NCBI RefSeq assembly: GCF_009914755.1
Contig: NC_060947.1
DNA length: 64,000 bases
Strand: one strand, 5' to 3'
Source: the human T2T-CHM13v2.0 reference genome, Homo sapiens
Positions 25,431 through 40,400 of the stretch are shown here, piece after piece. Made by a program: the position numbers and the translations under genes. Numbering within the stretch: position 1 is the stretch's first letter; the number at the start of each line of letters is the position of its first letter. The notes below the pieces were generated by a model, which saw nothing but the letters and a program-made list of their open reading frames with translations, ran no database searches and had not been told where the DNA came from.

Positions 25431-28400
25431 GGTGTCGTAAAATACCGACGTATATATTATATTTATAGGGGTTGTAAAATACCGACATATATATTATATT
25501 TATAGGGGTCGTAAAATACCGATGTATATATTATATTTATAGGGGTCGTAAAATACTGAAGTATATATTATATTTATAGGTATCGTAAAACACCGATGTA
25601 TATATTATATTTATAGGTATCGTAAAATACCGACGTATATATTATAGGTATCGTAAAATACCGACGTATATATTATATTTATAGGTGTCGTAAAATACCG
25701 ACGTATATGTTATATTCATCAGTGTCGTAAAATACCAACGTATATGTTATATTCGTAGGTGTCATAAAATACTGATGTATATGTTATATTCATAGGTGCC
25801 GTAAAATACCGACATATATGTTATATTCGTCGGTGTCATAAAATACCGACGTATATCTTATATTCGTCAGTGTCGTGAAATACCGACGTATATCTTTTAT
25901 TCGTCAGTGTAGTGAAACACCGACGTATATTTTTTATTTGCTGGTGTCGTAAAATACTGACGTATATCTTACATTTGCAGGTGTCGTAAAATACCGACGT
26001 ATAACTTATAATCGCAGGTGTCATAAAATACTGATGTAAATCTTATATTCGCTTGTATCATAAAATACTGACATATATTATGTTTATAGGTATCGTAAAA
26101 TACCGACGTATATATTATATTTATAGGTATCGTAAAATACCGCCGTATATATTATAGGTATCGTAAAATACCGACGTACATCGGTGTCATGAAATACCGA
26201 AGTATATCTTATATTCGTACGTGTTGTGAAATACCGACGTATATCTCATATTAGTCGGTGTCGTGAAATACCGACGTATATCTTTTATTCGTTGGTGTAG
26301 TGAAACACCGACATATATTTTTTATTTGCCGGTGTCGTAAAATACCGACGTATATCTTACATTCACAGGTGTCATAAAATACCGACGTATAACTATTCGC
26401 AGGTGTCATAAAATACCGACGTAAATCTTATATTCGCTTGTGTCATAAAATACCGAAATATATGTTATATTCACAGGTGCCATAAAATACCGATGTATAT
26501 GTTATATTCGTCGTTGTCATGAAACACCGACGTATACCTTATATTAGTCGGTGTCGTGAAATACCAACGTATATATTATATTTGTAGGTGTTGTAAAATA
26601 ACGTCATATATATTATATTTGTAGGTGTCGTAAAATACCGACGTATATAGTATAGGTGTCGTGAAATACCGACGTACATATTATATTCCTGGTGTCGCAA
26701 AATAACGACATATATATTACATTTGTAGGTGTCGTAAAATACCGACGTATATAGTATAGGTGTCGTGAAATACCAACGTATATCTTATATTCGTAGGTGT
26801 CGTGAAATTCCGTCGTATATGTTATATTCGTCGGTGTCGTAAAATACCGACGTGTATGTTATATTCGTCGCTGTCGTAAAATAAGGACATATATGTTACA
26901 TTCGTCGGTGTCATAAAATACCGATGTATATGTCACATTCGTCGTTGTCGTGAAATACCGACGTATACCTTATATTAGTCAGTGTCGTGAAATACCGACG
27001 TATATATTATATTTGTAGGTGTCATAAAATAACGTCATATATATTATATTTGTAGGTGTCGTAAAATACCGACGTATATAATATAGGTGTCGTGAAATAC
27101 CGACGTATGTATTATATTCGTAGGTGTCATGAAATTCCGTCGTATATGTTATATTCGTCGGTGTCGTAAAATACTGACGTATATGTTATATTCGTCGGTG
27201 TCGTAAAATACCGATATATATCTTAGATTCGTCGGTGTCATAAAATAAGGACGTATATGTTACATTCGTCAGTGTCATAAAATAACGACGTATATGTTAC
27301 ATTCGTCGTTGTCGTGAAATACCGACGTATACCTTATATTAGTCGGTGTCGTGAAATACCGGCGTATATATTATATTCATAGGTGTCGTAAAATAACGAC
27401 ATATATATTATATTTGTAGGTGTCGTAAAATACTGGCGTATATATTATAGTCTTCCGTGTCGTAAAATACCGACGTATTTGTTATAATCGTCGGCATCGT
27501 AAAATACCGACGTATATGTTATGTTCATCGGTGTCATAAAATAACAACATATATATTATATTTGTAGGTGTCGTAAAATACCGACATATATAGCATAGGT
27601 GTCGTGAAATACCGACGTATAATATTCGTAGGTGTCGTGAAATACCGACGTATATATTATATTCATAGGTGTCGTAAAATAACGACATATATATTATATT
27701 TGTAGGTGTCGTAAAATACCGACGTATATAGTATAGGTGTCGTGAAATACGGACGTATATATTATATTCGTAGGTGTCGTGAAATACCGACGTATATCTT
27801 ATATTCATAGGTGTCGTGAAATTCCGTCATATATGTTATATTCGTCGGTGTCGTAAAATACCAACGTATATCTAAGTCGGTGTCGTAAAATAAGGACGTA
27901 TATGTTACATTCGTCGGTGTCGTAAAATATCGACGTATATGTTACGTTCGTGGTTGTCGTGAAATACCGACTTATACCTTATATTAGTCAGTGTCGTGAA
28001 ATACCGGCGTATATTTTATATTCGTAGGTAAAATAACGACATATATATTATATTTGTAGGTGTCGTGAAATACCGACGTATATCTTATATTCATAGGTGT
28101 CGTGAAATTCCGTCGTATATGTTATATTCGTCGGTGTCGTAAAATACGGACGTATGTGTTATATTCGTCGGTGTCGTAAAATACCGACGTATATCTTAGA
28201 TTCGTCGGTGTCGTAAAATACCGACGTATATCTTAGATTCGTCGGTGTCGTAAAATACCGACATATATCTTAGATTCGTCGGTGTCGTAAAATACCGACG
28301 TATATGTTATATTCGTTGCTGTCGTAAAATACCGACGTATATCTTAGATTCGACAGTGTCGTAAAATACCGAAGTATATCTTATATTCGATGATGTCGTA

Positions 28401-31400
28401 AAATACCGACGTATATCTTGTATTCACTGATGTCGTAAAATACTGACGTTTTTCTTACTTTCGCAGGTGTCATAAAATACAGGTGTATAACATAATCGCA
28501 GGTGTCATAAAATACCGACATAAATCTTATATTCGCTTGTGTCATAAAATACCGAAATATATGTTATATTCACAGGTCTCATAAAATACCGATGTATATG
28601 TTATATTCGTCGGTGTCGTAAAATACCGACGTATATCTTAGATTCGTCGGTGTCGTAAAATACCGACGTATATGTTATATTCGTCGATGTCGTAAAATAC
28701 CGACGTATATCTTAGATTCGACGGTGTCGTAAAATACCGAAGTATATCTTATATTCGAGGATGTCGTAAAATGCCGACGTATATCTTATATTCACTGGTG
28801 TCGTAAAATACTGACGTGCATCTTACATTCACAGGTGTCATAAAATACAGGTGTATAACTTATAATCACAGGTGTCGTAAAATACCGACGTAAATGTTAT
28901 ATTCGCTTGTGTCATAAAATACCGAAATATATGTTATATTCACAGGTGTCATAAAATACCGATGTATAATATTCGTCGGTGTCGTAAAATACCGACGTAT
29001 ATGTTATATTCGTAGGTGCCGTAAAATACCGACGTATATGTTATATTCTTCCGTGTCGTAAAATACCGACGTATCTGTTATATTCGTCGGTGTCGTAAAA
29101 TACCGACGTATATGTTATATTCGTCGCTGTCGTAAAATACCGACGTATATCTTAGATTCGACGGTGTCGTAAAATACCGAAGTATATCTTATATTCGAGG
29201 ATGTCGTAAAATGCCGACGTATTTTACGTATGTATATGTTGTATTCGTAGGTGCCGTAAAATACCGACGTATCTGTTATATTCTTCCGTGTCGTAAAATA
29301 CCGACGTATCTGTTATAATCGTCGGTGTCGTAAAATACCGACGTATGTATCATAGTCTTCCGTGTCGTAAAATACCGACGTATTTGTTATAATCGTCAGC
29401 GTCTTAAAATACCGACGTATATGTTATATTTGTCGGTGTCGTAAAATAACGACATATATGTTATATTTGTAGGTATCGTAAAATACCGACGTATATAGCA
29501 TAGGTGTCGTGAAATACCGACGTATATATTATATTCGTAGGTGTCGTGAAATACCGACGTATATCTTATATTCGTAGGTGTAGTAAAATAACGACGTATA
29601 TGTTTTATTCGTTGGTGTCGTGAAATAACGACGCATATGTTACATTCGTTGGTGTCGTAAAATACCGACGTATATAGTATAGGTGTCGTGAAATACCAAC
29701 GTATATCTTATATTCGTAGGTGTCGTGAAATTCCGTCGTATATGTTATATTCGTTGGTGTCGTAAAATACCGACGTATATGTTATATTCGTCGGTGTCGT
29801 AAAATAAGGACGTATATGTTACATTCGTTGCTGTCATAAAATACCGACGTATATGTTACATTCGTCGTTGTCGTGAAATACCGACGTATACCTTATATTA
29901 GTCGGTGTCGTGAAATACCGACGTATATATTATATTCGTAGGTGTCATAAAATAACGTCATATATATTATATTTGTAGGTGTCGTAAAATACCGACGTAT
30001 ATAGTATAGGTGTCGTGAAATACCGACGTATATATTATATTCCTGGTGTCGTAAAATAACGACATATATAATATATTTCTACGTGTCGTAAAATACCGAC
30101 GTATATAGTATAGGTGTCGTGAAATACCGACGTATGTATTATATTCGTAGGTGTGAAATTCCCTCGTATATGTTGTATTCGTCGGTGTCGTAAAATACCG
30201 ACGTATATGTTTTATTCGTCGGTGTCGTAAAATACCAACAGATATCTTAGATTCGTCGGTGTCATAAAATAAGGACGTATATGTTACATTCGTCGGTGTC
30301 GTAAAATACCGACGTATAAGTTACATTCGTCGTTGTCGTGAAATACCGACGTATACCTTATATTAGTCGGTGTCGTGAAATACCGGCGTATATATTATAT
30401 TCGTAGGTGTCGTAAAATAATGACATATATATTATATTTGTAGGTGTCGTAAAATACCGACGTATATAGTATAGGTGTCGTGAAATACCGACGCATATAT
30501 TATATTCGTAGGTGTCGTGAAATACCAACGTATATCTTATATTCATAGGTGTCGTGAAATTCCGTCGTATATGTTATATTCGTAGGTGCCGTAAAATACC
30601 GACGTATCTGTTATATTCTTCCGTGTCGTAAAATACCGACGTATCTGTTATAATCGTCGGTGTCGTAAAATACCGACGTATATATTATAGTCTTCCGTGT
30701 CGTAAAATAACGACATATATATTATATTTGTAGGTGTCGTAAAATACCGACATATATAGCATAGGTGTCGTGAAATACCGACGTGTATATTATATTCGTA
30801 GGTGTCGTGAAATACCGACGTATATATAATATTCGTAGGTGTCATAAAATAACGACATATATATTATATTTGTAGGTGTCGTAAAATACCGACGTATATA
30901 GTATACGTGTCGTGAAATACCGACGTATATATTATATTCGTAGGTGTCGTGTAATACCAACATATATCTTGTATTCGTAGCTGTCGTGAAATTCCGTCGT
31001 ATATGTTATATTCGTCGGTGGCTTAAAATACCGACGTATATGTTGTATTCGTCGGTATCGTAAAATAAGGACGTATATGTTACATTCGTCGGTGTCATAA
31101 AATACCGACGTATACGTTACATTCGTCGTTGTCGTGAAATACCTACGTATACCTTATATCAGTCGGTGTCGTGAAATACCGATGTATATATTATATTCGT
31201 AGGTGTGGTAAAATAACGTCATATATATTATATTTGTAGGTGACGTAAAATACCGAAGTATATAGTATAGGTGTCGTGAAATACCGAAGTATATATTATA
31301 TTCCTGGTGTCGTAAAATAACGACATATATATTATATTTGTAGGTGTCGTAAAATACCGACGTATATAGTATAGGTGTCGTGAAATACCGACGTATGTAT

Positions 31401-34400
31401 TATATTCGTAGGTGTCGTGAAATTCCGTCGTATATGTTATATTCGTCGGTGTCGTAAAATACCGACGTGTATGTTATATTCGTCGGTGTCGTAAAATACC
31501 GACGTATATCTTAGATTCGTCGGTGTCATAAAATAAGGACGTATATGTTACATTCGTCAGTGTCGTAAAATACCGTCGTATATGTTACGTTCGTCGTTGT
31601 CGTGAAATACCGACGTATACCTTATATTAGTCGGTGTCGTGAAATACCGGCGTATATATTATATTCGTAGGTATCGTAAAATAACGACATATATATTATA
31701 TTTGTAGGTGTCGTGAAATACCAACGTATATCTTATATTCATAGATGTCGTGAAATACCGACGTATATATTATATTCGTAGGTGTCGTGAAATACCAACG
31801 TATATCTTATATTCGTAGGTGTCGTGAAATTCCGTCGTATATGTTATATTCGTCGGTGTCGTAAAATATCGACGTATACGTTATATTCGTCGGTCGTAAA
31901 ATACCGACGTATATGTTATATTCGTTGGTGATGTATATGTTATATTCGTCGCTGTCGTAAAATACCGACGTATATCTTAGATTCGTCGGTGTCGTAAAAT
32001 ACCGACGTATATGTTATATTCTTCCGTGTCGTAAAATACCGACGTATCTGTTATATTCGTCGGTGTCGTAAAATACCGACGTATATGTTATATTCATCGC
32101 TGTCATAAAATACCGACTTATATCTTAGATTCGGCGGTGTCGTAAAATACCGAAGTATATCTTATATTCGATGATGTCGTAAAATACCGACGTATATCTT
32201 ATATTCACTGGTGTCGTAAAATACTGACGTATATCTTATATTCACTGGTGTCGTAAAATACTGACGTATATCTAACTTTCGCAGGTGTCATAAAATACAG
32301 GTGTATAACTTATAATCTCAGGTGTCGTAAAATACCGACGTAAATCTTATATTCGCTTGTGTCATAAAATACCGAAATATATGTTATATTCACAGGTGTC
32401 ATAAAATACCGATTTATATGTTATATTCGTCGGTGTCGTAAAATACCGACGTATATGTTTTATTCGTCAGTGTCGTAAAATAACGACGCATATGTTACAT
32501 TCGTTTGTGTCGTAAAATACCGACGTATATAGTATAGGTGTCGTGAAATACTGACGTACATATTATATTCGTAGGTGTCGTGAAATACCAACGTATATCT
32601 TATACTCGTAGGTGTCGTGAAATTCCGTCGTATATGTTATATTCGTCGGTGTCGTAAAATACCGACGTGTATGTTGTATTCGTCGGTGTCATAAAATACC
32701 GACGTATATGTTACATTCGTCGTTGTCGTGAAATACCTACGTATATCTTATATTAGTCGGTGTCGTGAAATACCGACGTATATATTATATTCGTAGGTGT
32801 CGTAAAATAACGTCATATATATTATATTTGTAGGTGTCGTAAAATACCGACGTATATAGTATAGGTGTCGTGAAATACCAACGTATGTATTATATTCGTA
32901 GGTGTCGTGAAATTCCATCGTATATGTTATATTCGTCGGTGTCATAAAATACCGACGTGTATGTTATATTCGTCGGTGTCGTAAAATACCGACGTATATC
33001 TTAGATTCGTCGGTGTCATAAAATAAGGACGTATATGTTACATTCGTCGGTGTCGTAAAATACCGACGTATATGTTACGTTCGTCGTTGTGGTGAAATAC
33101 CGACGTATACCTTATATTAGTCGGAGTCGTGAAATACCGGCGTATATATTATATTCATAGGTGTCGTAAAATAACGACATATATATTATATTTGTAGGTG
33201 TCATGAAATACCGACGTATATCTTATATTCATAGGTGTCGTGAAATTCTGTCGTATATGTTATATTCGTCGGTGTCGTAAAATACCGACGTGTACGTTAT
33301 ATTCGTCGCTGTCGTAAAATACCGACGTATATCTTAGATTCGTCGGTGTCGTAAAATACCGACGTATATGTTATATTCGTCGCTGTCGTAAAATACCGAC
33401 GTATATCTTAGATTCGACAGTGTCGTAAAATACCGAAGTATATCTTATATTCGATGATGTCATAAAATACCGACGTATATCTTGTATTCACTGGTGTCGT
33501 AAAATACTGACGTTTTTCTTACTTTCGCAGGTGTCATAAAATACAGGTGTGTAACTTATAATCGCAGGTGTCGTAAAATACCGACATAAATCTTATATTC
33601 GCTTGTGTCATAAAATACCGAAATATATGTTATATTCACAGGTGTCATAAAATACCGATGTATATGTCATATTCGTAGGTGTCGTGAAATACCGACGTAT
33701 ACATTATATTCGTAGGTGTCGTAAAATAACGACATATATATTATATTTGTAGTTGTCGTAAAATACCGACGTATATAGCATAGGTGTCGTGAAATACCGA
33801 CGTATATATTATATTCGTAGGTGTCGTGAAATACCAACGTATATCTTATATTCGTAGGTGTCGTGAAATTCCGTCGTATATGTTATATTCGTCGGTGTCG
33901 TAAAATACCGACGTATATGTTATATTCGTCGGTGTCGTAAAATAAGGTCGTATATTTTACATTCGTTGGTGTCATAAAATACCGACGTATATGTTACATT
34001 TGTCGTTGTCGTGAAATACCGACGTATACCTTATATTAGTCGGTGTCGTGAAATACCGAAGTATATATTATATTTGTAGGTGTCGTAAAATACCGTCATA
34101 TATATTATATTTGTAGGTGTCGTAAAATACCGACGTATATAGTATAGGTGTCGTGAAATACCGACGTATATATTATATTCCTGGTGTCGTAAAATAACGA
34201 CATATATATTATATTTGTACGTGTCATAAAATACCGACGTATATAGCATAGGTGTCGTGAAATACCGACGTATGTATTATATTCGTAGGTGTCGTGAAAT
34301 TCCATCGTATATGTTGTATTCGTCGGTGTCGTAAAATACCGACGTATATGTTTTATTCGTCGGTGTCGTAAAATACCAACAGATATCTTAGATTCGTCGG

Positions 34401-37400
34401 TGTCATAAAATAAGGACGTATATGTTACATTCGTCATTGTGAAATACCAAAGTATACCTTATATTAGTCGGTGTCGTGAAATACCAGCGTATATATTATA
34501 TTCGTAGGTGTCGTAAAATAACGACATATATATTATATTTGTAGGTGTCGTAAAATACCGACGTATATAGTATAGGTGTCATGAAATACCGACGCATATA
34601 TTATATTCGTAGGTGTCGTGAAATACCAACGTATATCTTATATTCGTAGGTGTCGTGAAATTCCGTCGTATATGTTATATTCGTCGGTGTCGTAAAATAC
34701 CGACGTATTTATTATAGTCTTCCGTGTCGTAAAATACCGACGTATTTGTTATAATCGTCGGCATCGTAAAATACCGACGTATATGTCATGTTCGTCAGTG
34801 TCGTAAAATAACGACATATATATTATATTTGTAGGTGTCGTAAAATACCGACGTATATAGCATAGGTGTCGTGAAATACCGACCTATATATTATATTCGT
34901 CGGTGTCGTGAAATACCAACGTATATCTTACATTGGTAGGTGTCGTGAAATTCCGTCGTATATGTTATATTCGTCGGTGTCGTAAAATACCGACGTATAT
35001 GTTGTATTCGTCGGTGTCGTAAAATACCGACGTATATGTTATATTCTTCGGTGTTGTAAAATACCGACGTATATCTTAGATTCGTCACTGTCGTAAAATA
35101 CCGACATATATGTTATATTCGTCGGTGTCGTAAAATACCGACGTATATCTTAGATTCGTCGGTGTCGTAAAATACCGACATATATGTTATATTTGTTGGT
35201 GATGTATATGTTATATTCGTTGGTGTCGTAAAATACCGACGTATATCTTAGATTCGTCGGTGTCATAAAATACAGAAGTATATCTTATATTCGATGATGT
35301 CGTAAAATACCGACGTATATCTTATATTCACTGGTGTCGTAAAATACTGACTTGTATCTTACTTTCGCAGGTGTCATAAAATACAGGTGTATAACTTATA
35401 ATCTCAGGTGTCGTAAAATACCGACGTAAATCTTATATTCGCTTGTGTCATAAAATACCGAAATATATGTTATATTCACAGGTGTCATAAAATACCGATG
35501 TATATGTTATATTCGTCGGTGTTGTAAAATACCAATGTATCTGTTATATTCGTCGGTGTCGTAAAATACCGACGTATATGTTTTATTCGTCAGTGTCGTA
35601 AAATAACGACGCATATGTTACATTCGTCGGTGTCGTAAAATACCGACGTATATAGTATAGGTGTGAAATACCGACGTATATATTATATTCGTAGGTGTCG
35701 TAAAATAACGACATATATATTATATTTGTAGGTGTCGTAAAATACCGACGTATATAGTATAGGTGTCGTGAAATACCGAAGTATATATTATATTCCTGGT
35801 GTCGTAAAATAACGACATATATATTATATTTGTAGGTGTCGTAAAATACCGACGTATATACTATAGGTGTCGTGAAATACCAACGTATGTATTATATTCG
35901 TTGGTGTCGTGAAATTCCGTTGTATATGTTATATTCGTCGGTGTCGTAAAATACCAACGTATATCTTAGATTCGTCAGTGTCATAAAATAAGGACGTATA
36001 TGTTACATTCGTCGGTGTCGTAAAATACCGACGTATATGTTACGTTCGTCGTTGTGGTGAAATACCGACGTATACCTTATATTAGTTGGTGTCGTGAAAT
36101 ACCGGCGTATATATTATATTCGTAGGTGTCGTAAAATGACGACATATATATTATATTTGTAAGTGTCATGAAATACAGACGTATATCTTATATTCATCGG
36201 TGTCGTGAAATTCCGTCGTATATGCTATACTCGTCGGTGTCGTAAAATACCGAAGTATATGTTATATTCGTCGCTGTCGTAAAATACCGACGTATATCTT
36301 AGATTCGACAGTTTCGTAAAATACCGAAGTATATCTTATATTCGATGATGTCGTAAAATACCGACGTATATCTTGTATTCACTGGTGTCGTAAAATACTG
36401 ACGTTTTTCTTACTTTCGCAGGTGTCATAAAATACAGGTGTGTAACTTATAATCGCAGGTGTCGTAAAATACCGACATAAATCTTATATTCGCTTGTGTC
36501 ATAAAATACCGAAATATATGTTATATTCACAGGTGTCAGAAAATACCGATGTATATGTTATATTCGTAGGTGTCGTGAAATACCGACGTATACGTTATAT
36601 TCGTAGGTGTCGTAAAATAACGACATATATATTATATTTGTAGGTGTCGTAAAATACCGACATATATAGCATAGGTGTCGTGAAATACCGACGTGTATAT
36701 TATATTCATAGGTGTCGTGAAATACCGACGTATATATAATATTCGTAGGTGTCATAAAATAACGACATATATATTATATTTGTAGGTGTCGTAAAATACC
36801 GACGTATATAGTATACGTGTCGTGAAATACCGACGTATATATTATATTCGTAGGTGTCGTGAAATACCAACATATATCTTGTATTCGTAGCTGTCGTGAA
36901 ATTCCGTCGTATATGTTATATTCGTCGGTGGCTTAAAATACCGACGTATATGTTGTATTCGTCGGTATCGTAAAATAAGGACGTATATGTTACATTCGTC
37001 GGTGTCATAAAATACCGACGTATACGTTACATTCGTCGTTGTCGTGAAATACCTACGTATACCTTATATCAGTCGGTGTCGTGAAATACCGATGTATATA
37101 TTATATTCGTAGGTGTGGTAAAATAACGTCATATATATTATATTTGTAGGTGACGTAAAATACCGAAGTATATAGTATAGGTGTCGTGAAATACCGAAGT
37201 ATATATTATATTCCTGGTGTCGTAAAATAACGACATATATATTATATTTGTAGGTGTCGTAAAATACCGACGTATATAGTATAGGTGTCGTGAAATACCG
37301 ACGTATGTATTATATTCGTAGGTGTCGTGAAATTCCGTCGTATATGTTATATTCGTCGGTGTCGTAAAATACCGACGTGTATGTTATATTCGTCGGTGTC

Positions 37401-40400
37401 GTAAAATACCGACGTATATCTTAGATTCGTTGGTGTCATAAAATAAGGACGTATATGTTACATTCGTCAGTGTCGTAAAATACCGTCGTATATGTTACGT
37501 TCGTCGTTGTCGTGAAATACCGACGTATACCTTATATTAGTCGGTGTCGTGAAATACCGGCGTATATATTATATTCGTAGGTGTCGTAAAATAACGACAT
37601 ATATATTATATTTGTAGGTGTCGTGAAATACCAACGTATATCTTATATTCATAGATGTCGTGAAATACCGACGTATATATTATATTCGTAGGTGTCGTGA
37701 AATACCAACGTATATCTTATATTCGTAGGTGTCGTGAAATTCCGTCGTATATGTTATATTCGTCGGTGTCGTAAAATATCGACGTATACGTTATATTCGT
37801 CGGTCGTAAAATACCGACGTATATGTTATATTCGTTGGTGATGTATATGTTATATTCGTCGCTGTCGTAAAATACCGACGTATATCTTAGATTCGTCGGT
37901 GTCGTAAAATACCGACGTATATGTTATATTCTTCCGTGTCGTAAAATACCGACGTATCTGTTATATTCGTCGGTGTCGTAAAATACCGACGTATATGTTA
38001 TATTCATCGCTGTCATAAAATACCGACTTATATCTTAGATTCGGCGGTGTCGTAAAATACCGAAGTATATCTTATATTCGATGATGTCGTAAAATACCGA
38101 CGTATATCTTATATTCACTGGTGTCGTAAAATACTGACGTATATCTTATATTCACTGGTGTCGTAAAATACTGACGTATATCTTACTTTCGCAGGTGTCA
38201 TAAAATACAGGTGTATAACTTATAATCTCAGGTGTCGTAAAATACCGACGTAAATCTTATATTCGCTTGTGTCATAAAATACCGAAATATATGTTATATT
38301 CACAGGTGTCATAAAATACCGATTTATATGTTATATTCGTCGGTGTCGTAAAATACCGACGTATATGTTTTATTCGTCAGTGTCGTAAAATAACGACGCA
38401 TATGTTACATTCGTTTGTGTCGTAAAATACCGACGTATATAGTATAGGTGTCGTGAAATACTGACGTACATATTATATTCGTAGGTGTCGTGAAATACCA
38501 ACGTATATCTTATACTCGTAGGTGTCGTGAAATTCCGTCGTATATGTTATATTCGTCGGTGTCGTAAAATACCGACGTGTATGTTGTATTCGTCGGTGTC
38601 ATAAAATACCGACATATATGTTACATTCGTCGTTGTCGTGAAATACCTACGTATATCTTATATTAGTCGGTGTCGTGAAATACCGACGTATATATTATAT
38701 TCGTAGGTGTCGTAAAATAACGTCATATATATTATATTTGTAGGTGTCGTAAAATACCGACGTATATAGTATAGGTGTCGTGAAATACCAACGTATGTAT
38801 TATATTCGTAGGTGTCGTGAAATTCCATCGTATATGTTATATTCGTCGGTGTCATAAAATACCGACGTGTATGTTATATTCGTCGGTGTCGTAAAATACC
38901 GACGTATATCTTAGATTCGTCGGTGTCATAAAATAAGGACGTATATGTTACATTCGTCGGTGTCGTAAAATACCGACGTATATGTTACGTTCGTCGTTGT
39001 GGTGAAATACCGACGTATACCTTATATTAGTCGGAGTCGTGAAATACCGGCGTATATATTATATTCATAGGTGTCGTAAAATAACGACATATATATTATA
39101 TTTGTAGGTGTCATGAAATACCGACGTATATCTTATATTCATAGGTGTCGTGAAATTCTGTCGTATATGTTATATTCGTCGGTGTCGTAAAATACCGACG
39201 TGTACGTTATATTCGTCGCTGTCGTAAAATACCGACGTATATCTTAGATTCGTCGGTGTCGTAAAATACCGACGTATATGTTATATTCGTCGCTGTCGTA
39301 AAATACCGACGTATATCTTAGATTCGACAGTGTCGTAAAATACCGAAGTATATCTTATATTCGATGATGTCATAAAATACCGACGTATATCTTGTATTCA
39401 CTGGTGTCGTAAAATACTGACGTTTTTCTTACTTTCGCAGGTGTCATAAAATACAGGTGTGTAACTTATAATCGCAGGTGTCGTAAAATACCGACATAAA
39501 TCTTATATTCGCTTGTGTCATAAAATACCGAAATATATGTTATATTCACAGGTGTCATAAAATACCGATGTATATGTCATATTCGTAGGTGTCGTGAAAT
39601 ACCGACGTATACATTATATTCGTAGGTGTCGTAAAATAACGACATATATATTATATTTGTAGTTGTCGTAAAATACCGACGTATATAGCATAGGTGTCGT
39701 GAAATACCGACGTATATATTATATTCGTAGGTGTCGTGAAATACCAACGTATATCTTATATTCGTAGGTGTCGTGAAATTCCGTCGTATATGTTATATTC
39801 GTCGGTGTCGTAAAATACCGACGTATATGTTATATTCGTCGGTGTCGTAAAATAAGGACGTATATTTTACATTCGTTGGTGTCATAAAATACTGACGTAT
39901 ATGTTACATTTGTCGTTGTCGTGAAATACCGACGTATACCTTATATTAGTCGGTGTCGTGAAATACCGAAGTATATATTATATTTGTAGGTGTCGTAAAA
40001 TACCGTCATATATATTATATTTGTAGGTGTCGTAAAATACCGACGTATATAGTATAGGTGTCGTGAAATACCGACGTATATATTATATTCCTGGTGTCGT
40101 AAAATAACGACATATATATTATATTTGTACGTGTCATAAAATACCGACGTATATAGCATAGGTGTCGTGAAATACCGACGTATGTATTATATTCGTAGGT
40201 GTCGTGAAATTCCATCGTATATGTTGTATTCGTCGGTGTCGTAAAATACCGACGTATATGTTTTATTCGTCGGTGTCGTAAAATACCAACAGATATCTTA
40301 GATTCGTCGGTGTCATAAAATAAGGACGTATATGTTACATTCGTCATTGTGAAATACCAAAGTATACCTTATATTAGTCGGTGTCGTGAAATACCAGCGT

